Position numbers and translations under genes: made by a program. Of a stretch of 64,000 nt of DNA, positions 10,622 through 23,495 are shown piece by piece. The stretch spans positions 34,038,001 to 34,102,000 of the forward strand of contig NC_047029.1 of the NCBI RefSeq assembly GCF_902652985.1. The letters run 5' to 3'. The notes under the pieces were generated by a model that was not told where the DNA came from, did no database searches, and was given only the letters and a program-made list of their open reading frames with translations. Source of the DNA: Pecten maximus. Taxonomy: Eukaryota. Positions within the stretch are counted from its first letter, which is position 1. Each line of letters opens with the position of its first letter.

Positions 10622-13600
10622 CTGAAAATGAGAAAAGAGGAAAACCATAAGTTAAGAAAATAAGAAAAAAAAAAAAAAATGAAAAAGGAATCCTACTAAG
10701 TATTCATCGTCAGAAACCGTCATCATAAATGTCTAGATTTTCTCTAGGTTCTCTCTTGTAATACGACTTGAACAAAACACCCAAACAATACAGGAATGAA
10801 GCTAGATCATGTAGTGATGAATTGAGTGTAATCTTGAGACACTTAAACGTTTGCTTTGCAATTAATTATTTTTTCTCGAGGCCAACTCAATTCATCACAT
10901 CATGAGATCGAATTATCATTCAACAATTCAATTCCTCAATGGCTGATTAGTAAACGTTCTCTTGTATCAAATGAAAACATGAATTAGTATGCACAGGCAA
11001 TGTTAGCCTAGAAAAGCTCGTCCGAGACATGTCCTTAGTTCAAACCTTTGTTAAATTTGATAAATGATATACATTATCATATGTTTATAAAGGCAGTATG
11101 ATAAGACATTGGATGAATTGGCATTAGATCAACTCTTTCCTTTAACCTTTTAGAAGTTGTAAAGTTTTAATAAATTCAATAGAAAGGATTGTGGTTTGTA
11201 TGCATACTGGACTGGAAATCGATAGTATCCTTACTGCATAACGTCTTAATTGTTTAATTCCACAATGTCAATGATATTGTTGTTACTTTTGAGCATGCTA
11301 TATTGAAAGGTTTCATAAATGTTAATGTTAGTCTATTAAGTATATGCCCTATGAATACAATACTGATACATATTTAAGAGAAATCAGCATTGTATGTTAA
11401 CAGACTTAAGTCCAGCTTCCTCAAATATGCTTATTCAAGTCTCACGCCCTCAACTTAACAGGAAGTTAATCATTGGGCACCGCATTTTGTCAATAAAATA
11501 TCGATGAATTAACACTCAAAAACTTCATAGGTTATCATATATGAGTCCGCTAAATATTACCGTAATCACAGACTCCAACATTCTGGCCAGTCTCCTGTCA
11601 GTCTCCTGTCTATGGCCAGCACCTGGCGACAGGGATTGAGGGAGTTGGCAAGGTGTGTTGTATGAAATAGTCATACCTATGATGTGTTCATAGATCAATT
11701 TCACACCGACATGACTATATGTAACATGTCGTTTCGTTAAATTAATGAGGCTTAATTGTTTAATTCAGTTGGAGCATTGTCGGCTGCTTGCAGAATTTTG
11801 AAGCTTTGGTTATCGCGGTTACATCTAACTAACTAATATATATATGTGCGTGTTTGCGTCTGTTGGAACTTAAAACTAACACGAAAAAGTCGTGCTTCTG
11901 AAAAACTGCAGCTAGATTTGTGTTATAAAGGTATTCCCATTTATTTTAAATGTATTTTACTATTCGATGTAAATGTATTTCCCCATTTATTTTGAAATGT
12001 TTAACCGATTTTTCGATTTGCTTGAAGTTTTTCATACGTTATGTTAATCTTTCAATTTGGAAACATTAACATATTTGGCGTTGCTGTGTGCCATAAAATG
12101 AAGATATATATGGAAGCAGCGCAGATGATTAGCCTCGATATTTTGATAAACGAATAAATATATATAATCTATAGTTTTCCGAATACAAATCCATAACTCT
12201 ATATTTGTATGTAAGGATGTAACATGCGAATTTTAGAATAAGTTATACTTGACTAATCATCAATTGTCTTATTCATCAATAACTTATCTTAATAAAACTT
12301 TGAATATGAGTGCTTTGGCGAAATAAATATGATAGCTCACGCTTCCCTGAAAACAAATTGGCGTTATAATGGTGTTTTGAAATGAATCCCACTACCTATT
12401 CTATCATACTATATAGTTTGTAATGTACGTGATCACATTTGGTTATCGACAGGGACACAATCCATTATTGTGGATTTATTATCTGACAGGATACGCATGT
12501 GTGAAACAAATGTTTTTGACGATTTAAATATTCTGGAGACAAAGGAAACACGACAATACATTACTTACTCGTTTGTTGCGGATATCCATTATAATTATAA
12601 AATGACTTTCATATAGAGTGTATGTATATTATGATATTAAAGTTATTATACGTAGTTGATGGTTATTTCATGATAGTATGGGAAAGAGTGAAGAAAAGCG
12701 TAACGATACAATAAAAAACTTAACAATACTTCTTCATGTGACTTGGAGAGGCAGTAATATTCTATTTTTTAAAAATTGATGGTGAAGAATTGCAATCCTT
12801 GTATAAAAACCATATTTGTGATGATGTACACACTTTGATTTGTTTATGTTTTGTGAGAACCAAATCAGTTCTATTTGACATGTAGTGACTATCGTCAAAG
12901 GAACTGAAATAGTCACATGACCCATTCAATGAGATCTGATACGTCATACACATAAATTGATGACGTGTCTAATTGTATGTACCATATGTCTATGAGCTCT
13001 CAATATGTGTGATAATTTCCAAATGAAAATCAAAATACTCCTTTAATTGTTGATACGTTCTACTCCATACAGTGACGACTGCCTCAATGACCTCAAAGGC
13101 CAACTACATATGATTATACTTGTGTTTGATTTACCCTGTTTCCTTGATATGTACAATTCGTAAACAATCAGACTATTAAAACATGTTTTTAGGGCTTAAT
13201 TACATTGTTAATTATGTATGTAGTATTATACATTTTCGACGATTTTGGCCGTTAAGTCATTCTTCTTAATAATAAAGTGGAAATCATTTCAAAAATTGAT
13301 AACATTGATATAGTGTCGCTTCATAATTATGTTCATAATTCCACTTTATATTGATACATGAGAAAATAGCAATGGTTTTGACTCAATGACACATATATTG
13401 ATGCTTTCGGAATATCTACCAGAGAATAGTGTATATATGTTGCAATGCTGTGGTAGTGGTTTCCTTTGATGTAATTCTGAGCACCTATTTGATTATTTCG
13501 ATTTTACTCCACTTCGATTTTCTATTCAAATGCTTTTGCGACCCTTTAGTAGTCATGATTCGGCACATACCGTATTTTTGTATTTGTAACTAAATCATAT

Positions 13601-15988
13601 TAGATATTGCACTTTGGTTGTCCTTTGTAGAAGGCTATATAGTCCGATAAACAACGATTTGGCTGCGCGTCGGTGTTCTTCTGTTTTATATAAAAGTTAT
13701 AAACATAAAAAAGCACAATGGAAATCAGTAGCGATTGCATACGATTGCACTCTTTGAACGTATTATAACCAGGGGTCAGTGTAGGGCTGAGAATCCAGTC
13801 TCAATGTGCATATAGATATAATGCATATAAATAAGTCTGGGACGTACGTTGTCATGGCAAAAATGATAACGCGCCAATGAAATTGATTTATTTCTTGTCA
13901 AAAACCTATTCCACATCTGTTTAATATTCTATATGAAATCACATCACACGTTTTCTGTCAATCTAGGGTGAATATTTACGTATTCCTATTATATTTAAAG
14001 TCGACGTATGATTTCATTTAGATACATAATCATCAGAGGATGCTGCCATATGACTTGTTTTTAAACCTTAATCATGCTTCCCTGGAGCCGGCTTATTTGA
14101 TGATTGGATGTACAGTCTGGCTCCAGATGGTCCTGATATGTTCGACCCATCCACACCATTGTGGCGATAACATTTGTGACGTCTGTGAATGTGTATTAAT
14201 TCCTACATCACTTATATTTTATTATTCACGTGAAACATAACTATATCATTAAATAATGTGTTTTGCAACAATTTCGTTTGATATAAGCAATTATAATATT
14301 TTAAAATTGTTTCGTTAAAGTTTGAGGTATTTTCTTTCTGTGAACGTTCTTCTAATCTGGTGCTTTTGGCCCTACATGACTCAAATTATCGAGAGGCCGT
14401 AAAACAATAAAATGCAATTTTGGATGACAAAAATAATTTGTTCGTCAGGAAAGTAAGCATTTAGTAAGCATATGAATGGATGACCGACCACTAGATTAAT
14501 GACCATGGAATGATTAACAAGAAATGTTAACATTTAGAATTTAGCGGATTTTTTTAATGATTTCAAATTACAACTGATTAGTACAATGCTGAATTAGGAC
14601 GCTGACTGTATTTGCTTTATTTACAGTCTGCAAAAACTTTAATTACTTCATGTATATTATTGTTTTGGGCTTTTGTTCAATCTCACAAACTATAATGATA
14701 TTTCGGCTATAATCAATAACGTTTATAGACAACTGTTTTTGTTTATCTGACCGGCTAATTGTTTATCTCGGCCATGTGATCCCGCCGAAGTGTGTTGCCA
14801 TGTATCTTAGCTTGTGTGCGATGCTTTAAGAAAGACATGTAGCATATTATCTACACGTTTAATCGCATTGCTTTAATACACAGCAAATACAAATTTGTGC
14901 TAAACTATCAGCAGTTTCTTAATATACGTCAGCTGGTTGAATGCTGTTCAAACGCTCCCTGAGATACTCATTTCTGGCGAATAAACATTGTCAATGGAAA
15001 AGCCAATTAGGAGTACCTTCTAATACATATAAGCCACTGTCTCACAAAAATGGATTTTATGACAAATTCAGTGGTTTATCGCGTAAATCGAGTGCCTAAT
15101 CCTATTAGCTAGAGGGTCCATTATGCCTAGAATACATCCGAATCAAAGGAGACAAAACTGTTTAATGTAGTGATTAATGAGAGTTAAATGGATAAAAACA
15201 GCCCCACCTCAACCTCCACAGAAACGCCTAGATCATAGCTACCTCAGACCCTCAGTTTTAATTCCTAGAATTCTTTCCGGAATCGAATTTCTTCTCATTG
15301 CTGGGTAATTGATCCATATGGACGTTTGCAAATTATATTCCTAGAATGAATGTTTACACTGCGTGACGAGAATTAACGAGATTTCCATCGTTCTTTGTTG
15401 TTATCGTACTTCACACATGGCCCTGGTAACGTAATGTTTATTTACCACAGAACCGAGCGTCACTCAGTCGGCGGTGTCAGCCAAGAGTACTGTTCGTTCC
15501 TATATAAGCTGTATAACAAAGTATACAAATATAAAGGATCCTAAATGAGTTTTCATTTCATGAGATTTTAACAAACAAATTTTTTTTTTTTTTTTTTTTT
15601 GCGAGCGATGGCGATTTTATGAAATTGGAGTTTCATAAAATCTCATTTGAAAAGAAAGAAATATCAGCTACTTTTGATCACAAAACATTTTGGCAGATTT
15701 TAAAGTCAATATGTAGAGGACGAAAAACCAAATAAGACATTCATTTTGTTCCGCCAAGGGGTTACAATGGGTCATACGAGGTTATCTGCCACCCTAAATT
15801 CCAATCAAAGACCTTAAAAATACGGCGTCTTCTCTCCGCTAAGCATCAAAGCAATCAGCCCAACCCTATACCCTACCCCCAGCCCCCAATCCCACCCAAC
15901 CCCAAATATCACAGTTACGCTTAACCCTTGGTTTTACCTGTGTCATTATGGCCATTATTTTCATCGTCAACTACCGTCATACTGACAC

Positions 15989-16195
15989 TGGTTTGGTTTG
16001 GTTTGGTTTATTTTGTCTAACGTCCTATTAACAGCTAAGGTCATTTAAGGACGTCCTCCCGTGCGTGCCACATGCATGCGTGTGGTGAGTGCGTATGTGT
16101 GTTTTGGGAAGCTGCGGTATGTTCGTGTTAAGTCTCCTTGTGATAGGCCGGAACTTTTGCCGATTTATAGTGCTACCTCACTGAAGCATACTGAC
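15989..16195 (-). mobile_element. 5'-truncated SINE fragment (Meta-domain-like) with (AAACC)n tail
   Basis: Shares the 3' tail AACGTCCTATTAACAGC.A.GGTCATTTAA.GACGT with the element at 42403-42618. Contains TTTATAGTGCTACCTCACTGAA, which I recall as similar to mollusc Meta-SINE domains. Confidence 0.6.
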
Positions 16196-16662
16196 ACTAG
16201 AATTTAATCTCAGTAAAGTCATTAGAGTTACGCCAATCAGGTTGTCAATAATGCTAACGTTACAGGAACGTAGTTACTCTATACACTTATCTATTCTACA
16301 GCAGCTGGATATTGCGTATCGATGGCAACACAGAATTGGAAGAGGATCATTTGGGCAGATGTCTGGTGATTTGTCAAATACGCTAAATACTATAAAAGGT
16401 TTATCCTCTAGAAACACAGTTGGCATGACTCACGTGGTCGCACTTAATATCAATAAACAACGGTTAAGTAAGTAATCGTTATGCATTACGTTATACCGAC
16501 ACCTGATTAATAGTGGTACACAACAATGATGTGTCGACGCGAAATAAAATGGATTCCTAAGAAAAAAAACCATAAGGTAAGCTTAGTTTGCCCCATTTTG
16601 ATTATTCCTCCTGAATTTGACCCCTAGCATCACTATGGAGTCCTCTGGAGAAAGGGTGGGAC

Positions 16663-16963
16663 AGCATTACTAACGAGTTCCTTAGAGTACAAATGTATGT
16701 TAGGGACAGATGTATGATGTCTCTAGCATTACTAACGAGTTCCTAAGAGTACAAATGTATGTTAGGGACAGATATATGATGTCTCTAGCATTACTAACGA
16801 GTTCCTTAGAGTACAAATGTATGCTAGGGACAGATGTATGATGTCTCTAGCATTAATAACGAGTTCCTTAGAGTACAAATGTATGCTAGGGACATATGCA
16901 TGATGTCTCTAGCATTACTAACGAGTTCCTTAGAGTACAAATGTATGCTAGGGACAGATGTAT
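16663..16963. repeat. Tandem repeat, 62-bp unit, ~4.8 copies
   Basis: AGCATTACTAACGAGTTCC recurs at 16663, 16725, 16787 and onward. Confidence 0.95.
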
Positions 16964-17029
16964 GGTTTTCGAAACATTCCTTACGAGTCCTTTGGGAAAC
17001 GCGTTGGGACAGCTTTATAATGTCCCCAA

Positions 17030-17708
17030 CAGTATCAACGAATCCCCTGGAGAAGGGTTAGGGGTAGTTGTATGATGTTCCTTTCACAACGAATGAGTTC
17101 CCTAGAGAAGGGAAAGGGTTAGTTGTATGATTCCACTTGCACCACTAACGAGTCCCCTGGGGAAGGGTTAAGGTTAGTTGTATGATTCCACTTGAACCAC
17201 TAACGAGTCCCCTGGGGAAGGGTTAAGGTTAGTTGTATGATTCCACTTGCACCACTAACGTGTCCCCTGGCGAAGGGTTAAGGTTAGTTGTATGATTCCA
17301 CTTGCACCACTAACGTGTCCCCTGGGGAAGGGTTAAGGTTAGTTGTATGATGTCCCTTGCACCACTAACGAGTCCCCTGGCGAAGGGTTAGGGACAGTTG
17401 TATGATTTCCCTTGCACCACTAACGAGTCCCCTGGGGAAGGGTTAGGGGCAGTTGTATTATGTCCCTTGCATCACTAACGAGTCCCCTGGGGAAGGGTTA
17501 AGGTTAGTTGTATGATAACCCTTGCACCACTAACGAGTCCCCTGGAGAAGGGTAAGGGTCAGTTGTATGATAACCCTTGCACCACTAACGTGTCCCCTGG
17601 GGAAGGGTTAAGGTTAGTTGTATGATAACCCTTGCACCACTAACGTGTCCCCTGGGGAAGGGTTAAGGTTAGTTGTATGATAACCCTTGCACCACTAACG
17701 AGTCCCCA
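17030..17708. repeat. Tandem repeat, 55-bp unit, ~12 copies
   Basis: ACCACTAACGAGTCCCCTGGGGAAGGGTTAAGGTTAGTTGTATGATTCCACTTGC recurs at 17141, 17196, 17251 and onward. Confidence 0.95.
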
Positions 17709-20700
17709 GCTATATTATAATGTTTTATCCTGATTATTTTTCTGTCACAAAATTATTAGTTTTCCTATTTACATTTGTGATTTGTACAATCATTTGACGA
17801 AGAAAACCAAACAGAGGCTTATACTTTACAAAAGCTAAATGGTAGATAGCTATCATTATAATGGCCATTGGATATATATATATATGTGTGTGTGTAGTTG
17901 GATGATTGCATTGAAGTCCGACTATAAAGGAGTATTTGTCGTCAGCTAATCAACCAATAAAATTCCCTGAAATAAAATCCATTATTTATTACATTTTCTT
18001 TTATACAGTAAGACCGATGGGCTAGTCCTAAAACAGACTGGCTGTCTTTTCAGATTGCTTGCATTAAGAAATTGTCTGATTGATAGAAACATAGGTCTAA
18101 GGTGTGTCAAAGGAGATCAATTAAGCTTTGTCTTAGTTCAGGCACGTGCACAGAATCTGGTGACGTGTCAAGGTTGTATCTAAGATGTTTCCATGCAGAT
18201 ATCGGCAATTTGTAAACACAAAAGTTCTTTGCTGTATTATCATGCGTGTGTGCTAAGCTGTGGATTTAGTTCTAAATATATATCATGATTCGTTATTGAG
18301 GAACATATTAACATGGGGATATTCTAACAGAAGATTAGAATACCCTAATTGAAAACCTCAAATCCAAAATATATGTGGAGCAATATTTGCGTAATTTTTT
18401 TAACTGTCAAAAACAAATATTCGTGCAAGTGATAAAACATTTATTCGTGCATATGATTTTAAATATAGTCTTACAGAGCAGATGAGATTTATCCCATACA
18501 CTATCCTCTTATTGCCTGCCTTTCTATACAGCCTACCCAATCCTCTCTCTACCTCTTCTGAAACATCGTGTCACAAGGCGATATAAACCAGGTATAATGT
18601 ATGATTTATGTTTCTCTATACTAAATGTGGTTAAAGAGAATAAAACAAATTGAAATTGAATTTTCCCCGGCACAAAGAAACGATACCTAGAAGGGGACAC
18701 GGGTGTACATTAGAGTAAGATAAGTAGGTATTAGCATTTACATGGACCATTTGAACTGGGGCAGTAGATGGAGTGTGTAGTCAGTATGTGCCAGGCAGAT
18801 ACAATGTATGATATATTTCATATAGTATGCATTTTCATATTATATATATTTTTGTAAATCAAGAAGAGAATGACTTTATATCACATTATTGCTATTTCCC
18901 TGTACTTTCAACCTGTTTCTTTTTTCAGTTCCTGATTTCCAATTTCGTTTCATTGCATAAAATGTACATATATGTCTATTGTTGATGTCACATTGCTGAA
19001 ATAAACTGTGGAAGAAATGGCTTCTATAAGTCGGCAGTACTTGTCCCCAATCCTCTTACTTGATTTTCAGAACAAATGGAATATGTTTAAAGCAAATGAC
19101 GTTTTATAAAATCAATATAAAACAATATCATTGGCATAAAATGGCAGAAATGAATTATGAAAATTGTATCGACCAGTGTGTTGATAACACGTCGTAATCA
19201 GCATCATGGTGTAGCTTACCAGTCCTTGGAGAATAGGTGTACAAGACACGATTTGTCACTCCTATGATAACGTACAGAGGAGTATTAAAGAACAATGATA
19301 CCCATTGTTACTGTGCGGTATAGATTTAGTGACAGTGTAGAGGTTACTGAAAATCTATACAGGCCAAGACACTATAAAACCTTAATGTCTATAGATAGGG
19401 TAACACCATTTTAGCTAAAATGCCAACATTTTTAATTGGTTATCCAGGAAGGTCTGAATATTTTTGTTCCACACATGTTGATTTTGCCAGGATACTACAA
19501 AACGTTTACTAGCCACAAAGAAACGAAATTTTAACTAAAGTGTCATCACTTTTAATGGCTTAACCAGATATGCTTAAAAAATGATGATCCACAGAAATAT
19601 TTTCGAAAAAAAACCCCAGAAATATGAAAATGTTCACTTTGTAAAATAGTATCTATAATATTTACATATTATGTTCAACATATTTTTTCAATGACCTCTG
19701 TGTCAATCCTATCATGTTCTCGACTTGAATAATGCATAATTGCACTAAGTAAACCGTACAGAAGAACAAACGAATCATCTACCAGTTTGTTTAACATCCA
19801 AGTACGAACATATCTTTTAGGCTTTAGAGGATAATCTGTGAATCTCTATCAAATATTTACACTAGCTCGAGGTATAGTCTGTAAACGGAGTCTCCTTACA
19901 CAGCACGGTAATGAAATCGAAACAATATACGCCAGTTACGTAACGCGTCTAAACAGAAACGATTTTCTTTCACAAAATGCTGGAAGAATAATTCACAGTA
20001 TCGCCGTTACGAGTAAATAAATACTCAGTGCGATGGTTGTGTTGGCAATTGAGGGTAATAAAACCTGTTATAGAAATGAAAATAAAAAAATATTTAAGTA
20101 TGGTTCGATAATGATGTGCATTGTATAAGGGAATTAGCCATCAGTCCTACCAACAAAACACAGAAAATCAATAAAAAATGAAAAACAATCTTCACAATTT
20201 CGTAAGGAAAATTAATTCAACTACCTGTTTTTGTATATTTCATCGTGTTTTAAATACATTTGTTATTATTTATAAATGTTATACCAAACTAAAAGGCCCT
20301 AAGGGCATGTATAGCTTGGTTATTAAAGCAATCGAGTAAAATATTTTCATTTGTAGCTATATTCAATTTTTCGTGATCAGCCTTTCAGAACCACGTGTGA
20401 CAAAATTACACTCACTCACTTACTGTTTACCTGTTTAATGCATTTTGCACTACCAGCCGTTTAGATAAAACTTATTACTGTGCTTTCATATTGAAATGAA
20501 TGACTTTTAAATTTTAGCAAAAACAAAGTCACTTTAACTGTTACAAATGTGACCAACACGACGGGGTTATTGATTAAAGGGAAACGTTCCATGATACACC
20601 TAGCCATCATCTGAACATCCGGGCTCGTATTCGGGCTCGCGTATATCTTCAGAAACAATTCGTCGTTAAGGTCATTACTCTTGTTGCTCAGTGACTCCAT

Positions 20701-21016
20701 ATATAGGTCTATTTAGTGACAGTCGTCATTACTCTTGATTTGTTTACATTAGTAACTACTGTCTGGAATTGATGTACTGGGACACATCGTTTTCCATTAG
20801 GGTATATTTATTGTTTACTGTACAAAAGCACTTCACTTACCCTCTGTATAGAAAACTAGGTAAAATTGGATATCAGCCTGACTCTGTATTATCTAAATAG
20901 TTCGTTCAGATTTACAGGTTACGTTCTGTTCAAAATATGTATCCATTACCATTCAATTTAACTCTCAGAACAACAAAAATTCAGTGGACGTGTCGCCTGC
21001 GCAGAAAGTTTCGTAG

Positions 21017-21126
21017 TACACAAGCAATATTCCTTCACGTGAATTTCACATGAAAAATTTCACGCGAATTTCACTTTTTTGCCCTTTTCACGTGAAATTC
21101 ACGTGTGAAGGATTATTGCCTGTGTA
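21017..21126. mobile_element. Small MITE-like inverted-repeat element (110 bp)
   Basis: Ends TACACAAGCAATA and TATTGCCTGTGTA (12/13 inverted match, TA termini), with internal TTCACGTGAA palindromes. Confidence 0.65.
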
Positions 21127-21154
21127 CACGTTTCTGCACGGAGATGTTATAGTA

Positions 21155-21352
21155 ACAGTACCCTTGACCTTTTAACATTTGGAACAGTAAAATAAAAACA
21201 ATTGATGCAAACACTTGTGGTAAGGAAAAACTGCATGATATTTAAGTTTGATTGGCCCAAGGGAACTTGAGATATAGCACGGAAACCTCTGTGCGGACGC
21301 GGACGCCGAGACAGACATCGAGGAAGCCGACGCTGACATAGTCATACCTATA
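21155..21352 (-). mobile_element. Helentron/HINE-like remnant
   Basis: CCTTGACCTTT ... AAGTTTG ... GAGATATAGCACGGAAAC core followed by GGACGC/GACGCCG microsatellite-like runs and CCTATA, the layout of mollusc HINE elements. A possible other end lies at ~20287 (AACTAAAAGGCCCTAAGGGC). Confidence 0.4.
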
Positions 21353-21488
21353 AGATTCAGTACACAATATAAAAATCCAACGGTGTTGAGTGAAATTTAA
21401 TACTCGCGAACTTGTCCGACTTTGACAACCGCGCAATTTTAGTTCCGTGGAATCTAACATCTATACAGTTAGCCCCGAGAGGCTCTGT

Positions 21489-22734
21489 GATTGTATAACT
21501 GACTGGTTAATGTATAACTGACTGGTTAATGTAGAACTGACTGGTTAATGTAGAACTGACTGATTGTAGAACTGACTGGTTATAGAACTGACTGGTTAAT
21601 GTAGAACTGACTGGTTAATGTAGAACTTAATGATTGTATAACTGACTGGTTGTAGAACTGACTGATTGTAGAACTGACTGGCTATAGAACTGACTGATTG
21701 TAGAACTGACTGATTGTAGAACTGACTGATTGTAGAACTGACTAATTGTAGAACTCACTGGTTGTAGAACTGACTGAATGTATAACTGACTGATTGTAGA
21801 ACTGACTGGTTGTAGAACTGACTGATTGTAGAACTGACTGGTTGTAGAACTGACTGAGAACTGACTGATTGTAGAACTGACGGGTTGTAGAACTATATGA
21901 TTGTAGAACTGACTGAGAACTGACTGATTGTAGAACTGACTGATTGCAGAACTGACTGGTTGTAGAACTGTCTGATTGTAGAACTGACTGATTGCAGAAC
22001 TGACTGGTTGTAGAACTGTCTGATTGTAGAACTGACTGATTGTAGAACTGACTGGTTGTAGAACTGACTGATTGTAGAACTGACTGGTTGTAGAACTGAA
22101 CTGACTGATTGTAGAACTGACGGGTTGTAGAACTATATGATTGTAGAACTGACTGAGAACTGACTGATTGTAGAACTAACTGATTGCAGAACTGACTGGT
22201 TGTAGAACTGTCTGATTGTAGAACTGACTGGTTGTAGAACTGACTGGTTGTAGAACTGTCTGATTGTAGAACTGACTGATTGTAGAACTGACTGGTTGTA
22301 GAACTGACTGATTGTAGAACTGACTGGTTGTAGAACTGACTGAGAACTGACTGATTGTAGAACTGACGGGTTGTAGAACTATATGATTGTAGAACTGACT
22401 GAGAACTGACTGATTGTAGAACTGACTGATTGCAGAACTGACTGGTTGTAGAACTGACTGATTGTAGAACTGACTGGTTGTAGAACTGACTGGTTAATGT
22501 AGAACTTAATGATTGTAGAACTGACTGGTTGTAGAACTGACTGGTTGTAGAACTGACTGGTTGTAGAACTGACTGATTGTAGAACTGACTGGTTGTAGAA
22601 CTGACTGATTGTATAACTGACTGGTTGTAGAACTGACTGATTGTAGAACTGACTGGTTGTAGAACTGACTGATTGTAGAACTGACTGGTTGTAGAACTGA
22701 CTGATTGTAGAACTGACTGGCTATAGAACTGACT
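21489..22734. repeat. Minisatellite, 16-bp unit (TGTAGAACTGACTGRT), ~75 copies
   Basis: Directly visible; longer GGTTAATGTAG variants occur towards the flanks. Accounts for ORF 22506..22748. Confidence 0.97.
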
Positions 22735-23495
22735 AAAAGTCTAATCAAGATTTATGTTTTATAAATTATATTCGAATAAACGAATTTAAGGTTGCAATGG
22801 GGATTAAAAGATCGGGATATTTCTGTTTAACACAACATCACTGATGACCTGAATTCCCAGTGGCAGATTTAATGACATTTATCATCTGTTCTTGATCATA
22901 TAAAATGTCGATAATTGTAATCTGTCTATCCAATCACAGGCCATCTTCACTCACGCGTGAACTGTATCATTCTGATTGTCAAACAACAACATTAGTCCAC
23001 GTTTACACCAATCTCGTCTCCATTCAGCTCGATATATTTCCTAGATACCATTTTAATTCAAAGGAGTGGATATATAAAAACAAGAATATTAAATTCAAAA
23101 TCCGAGATTGCAATCAGATAAACCGAATAGAAGAGCTTTACCACTGCCATATTTACACTATCACGTGGAGAATTTCGCTGGTGGTCCCGAAAAAACCCCA
23201 GAAGAAATTGCATTTATTTAGTTATGATCGATATTTGATCAGCGTCAATACGTCTGAAAAAGCGAGTGATTATGTACTAGGAACAAAAGCGAGACATAGA
23301 AACCATTATGAAGAAAAGAGAGTCTTTAGCTTTCTAAATAGTTAGAGTCATCTCCTTCATCGACATCATCAGTGTAAAAGTAAAGAAACAGTCTCAAAAT
23401 AAGACAATGCTAATGAAAATAGGTAAAATTTATATAAACATGGACAAAGAAACTTTTCCATTGGATCGCGATGTCGTCCATAAACATTTTCAAAA

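Noticed and set aside
20461-20700. ORF MESLSNKSND..MARCIMERFP as an alternative first exon of the GPCR
   Set aside because: It has an ATG and a Cys but no phase-1 GT donor compatible with the 10621 acceptor, and it may lie within a HINE remnant. Not excluded without RNA data.
22905-23345. 146-aa ATG ORF between two satellites
   Set aside because: No domain-like features; compatible with a chance ORF in AT-rich DNA.
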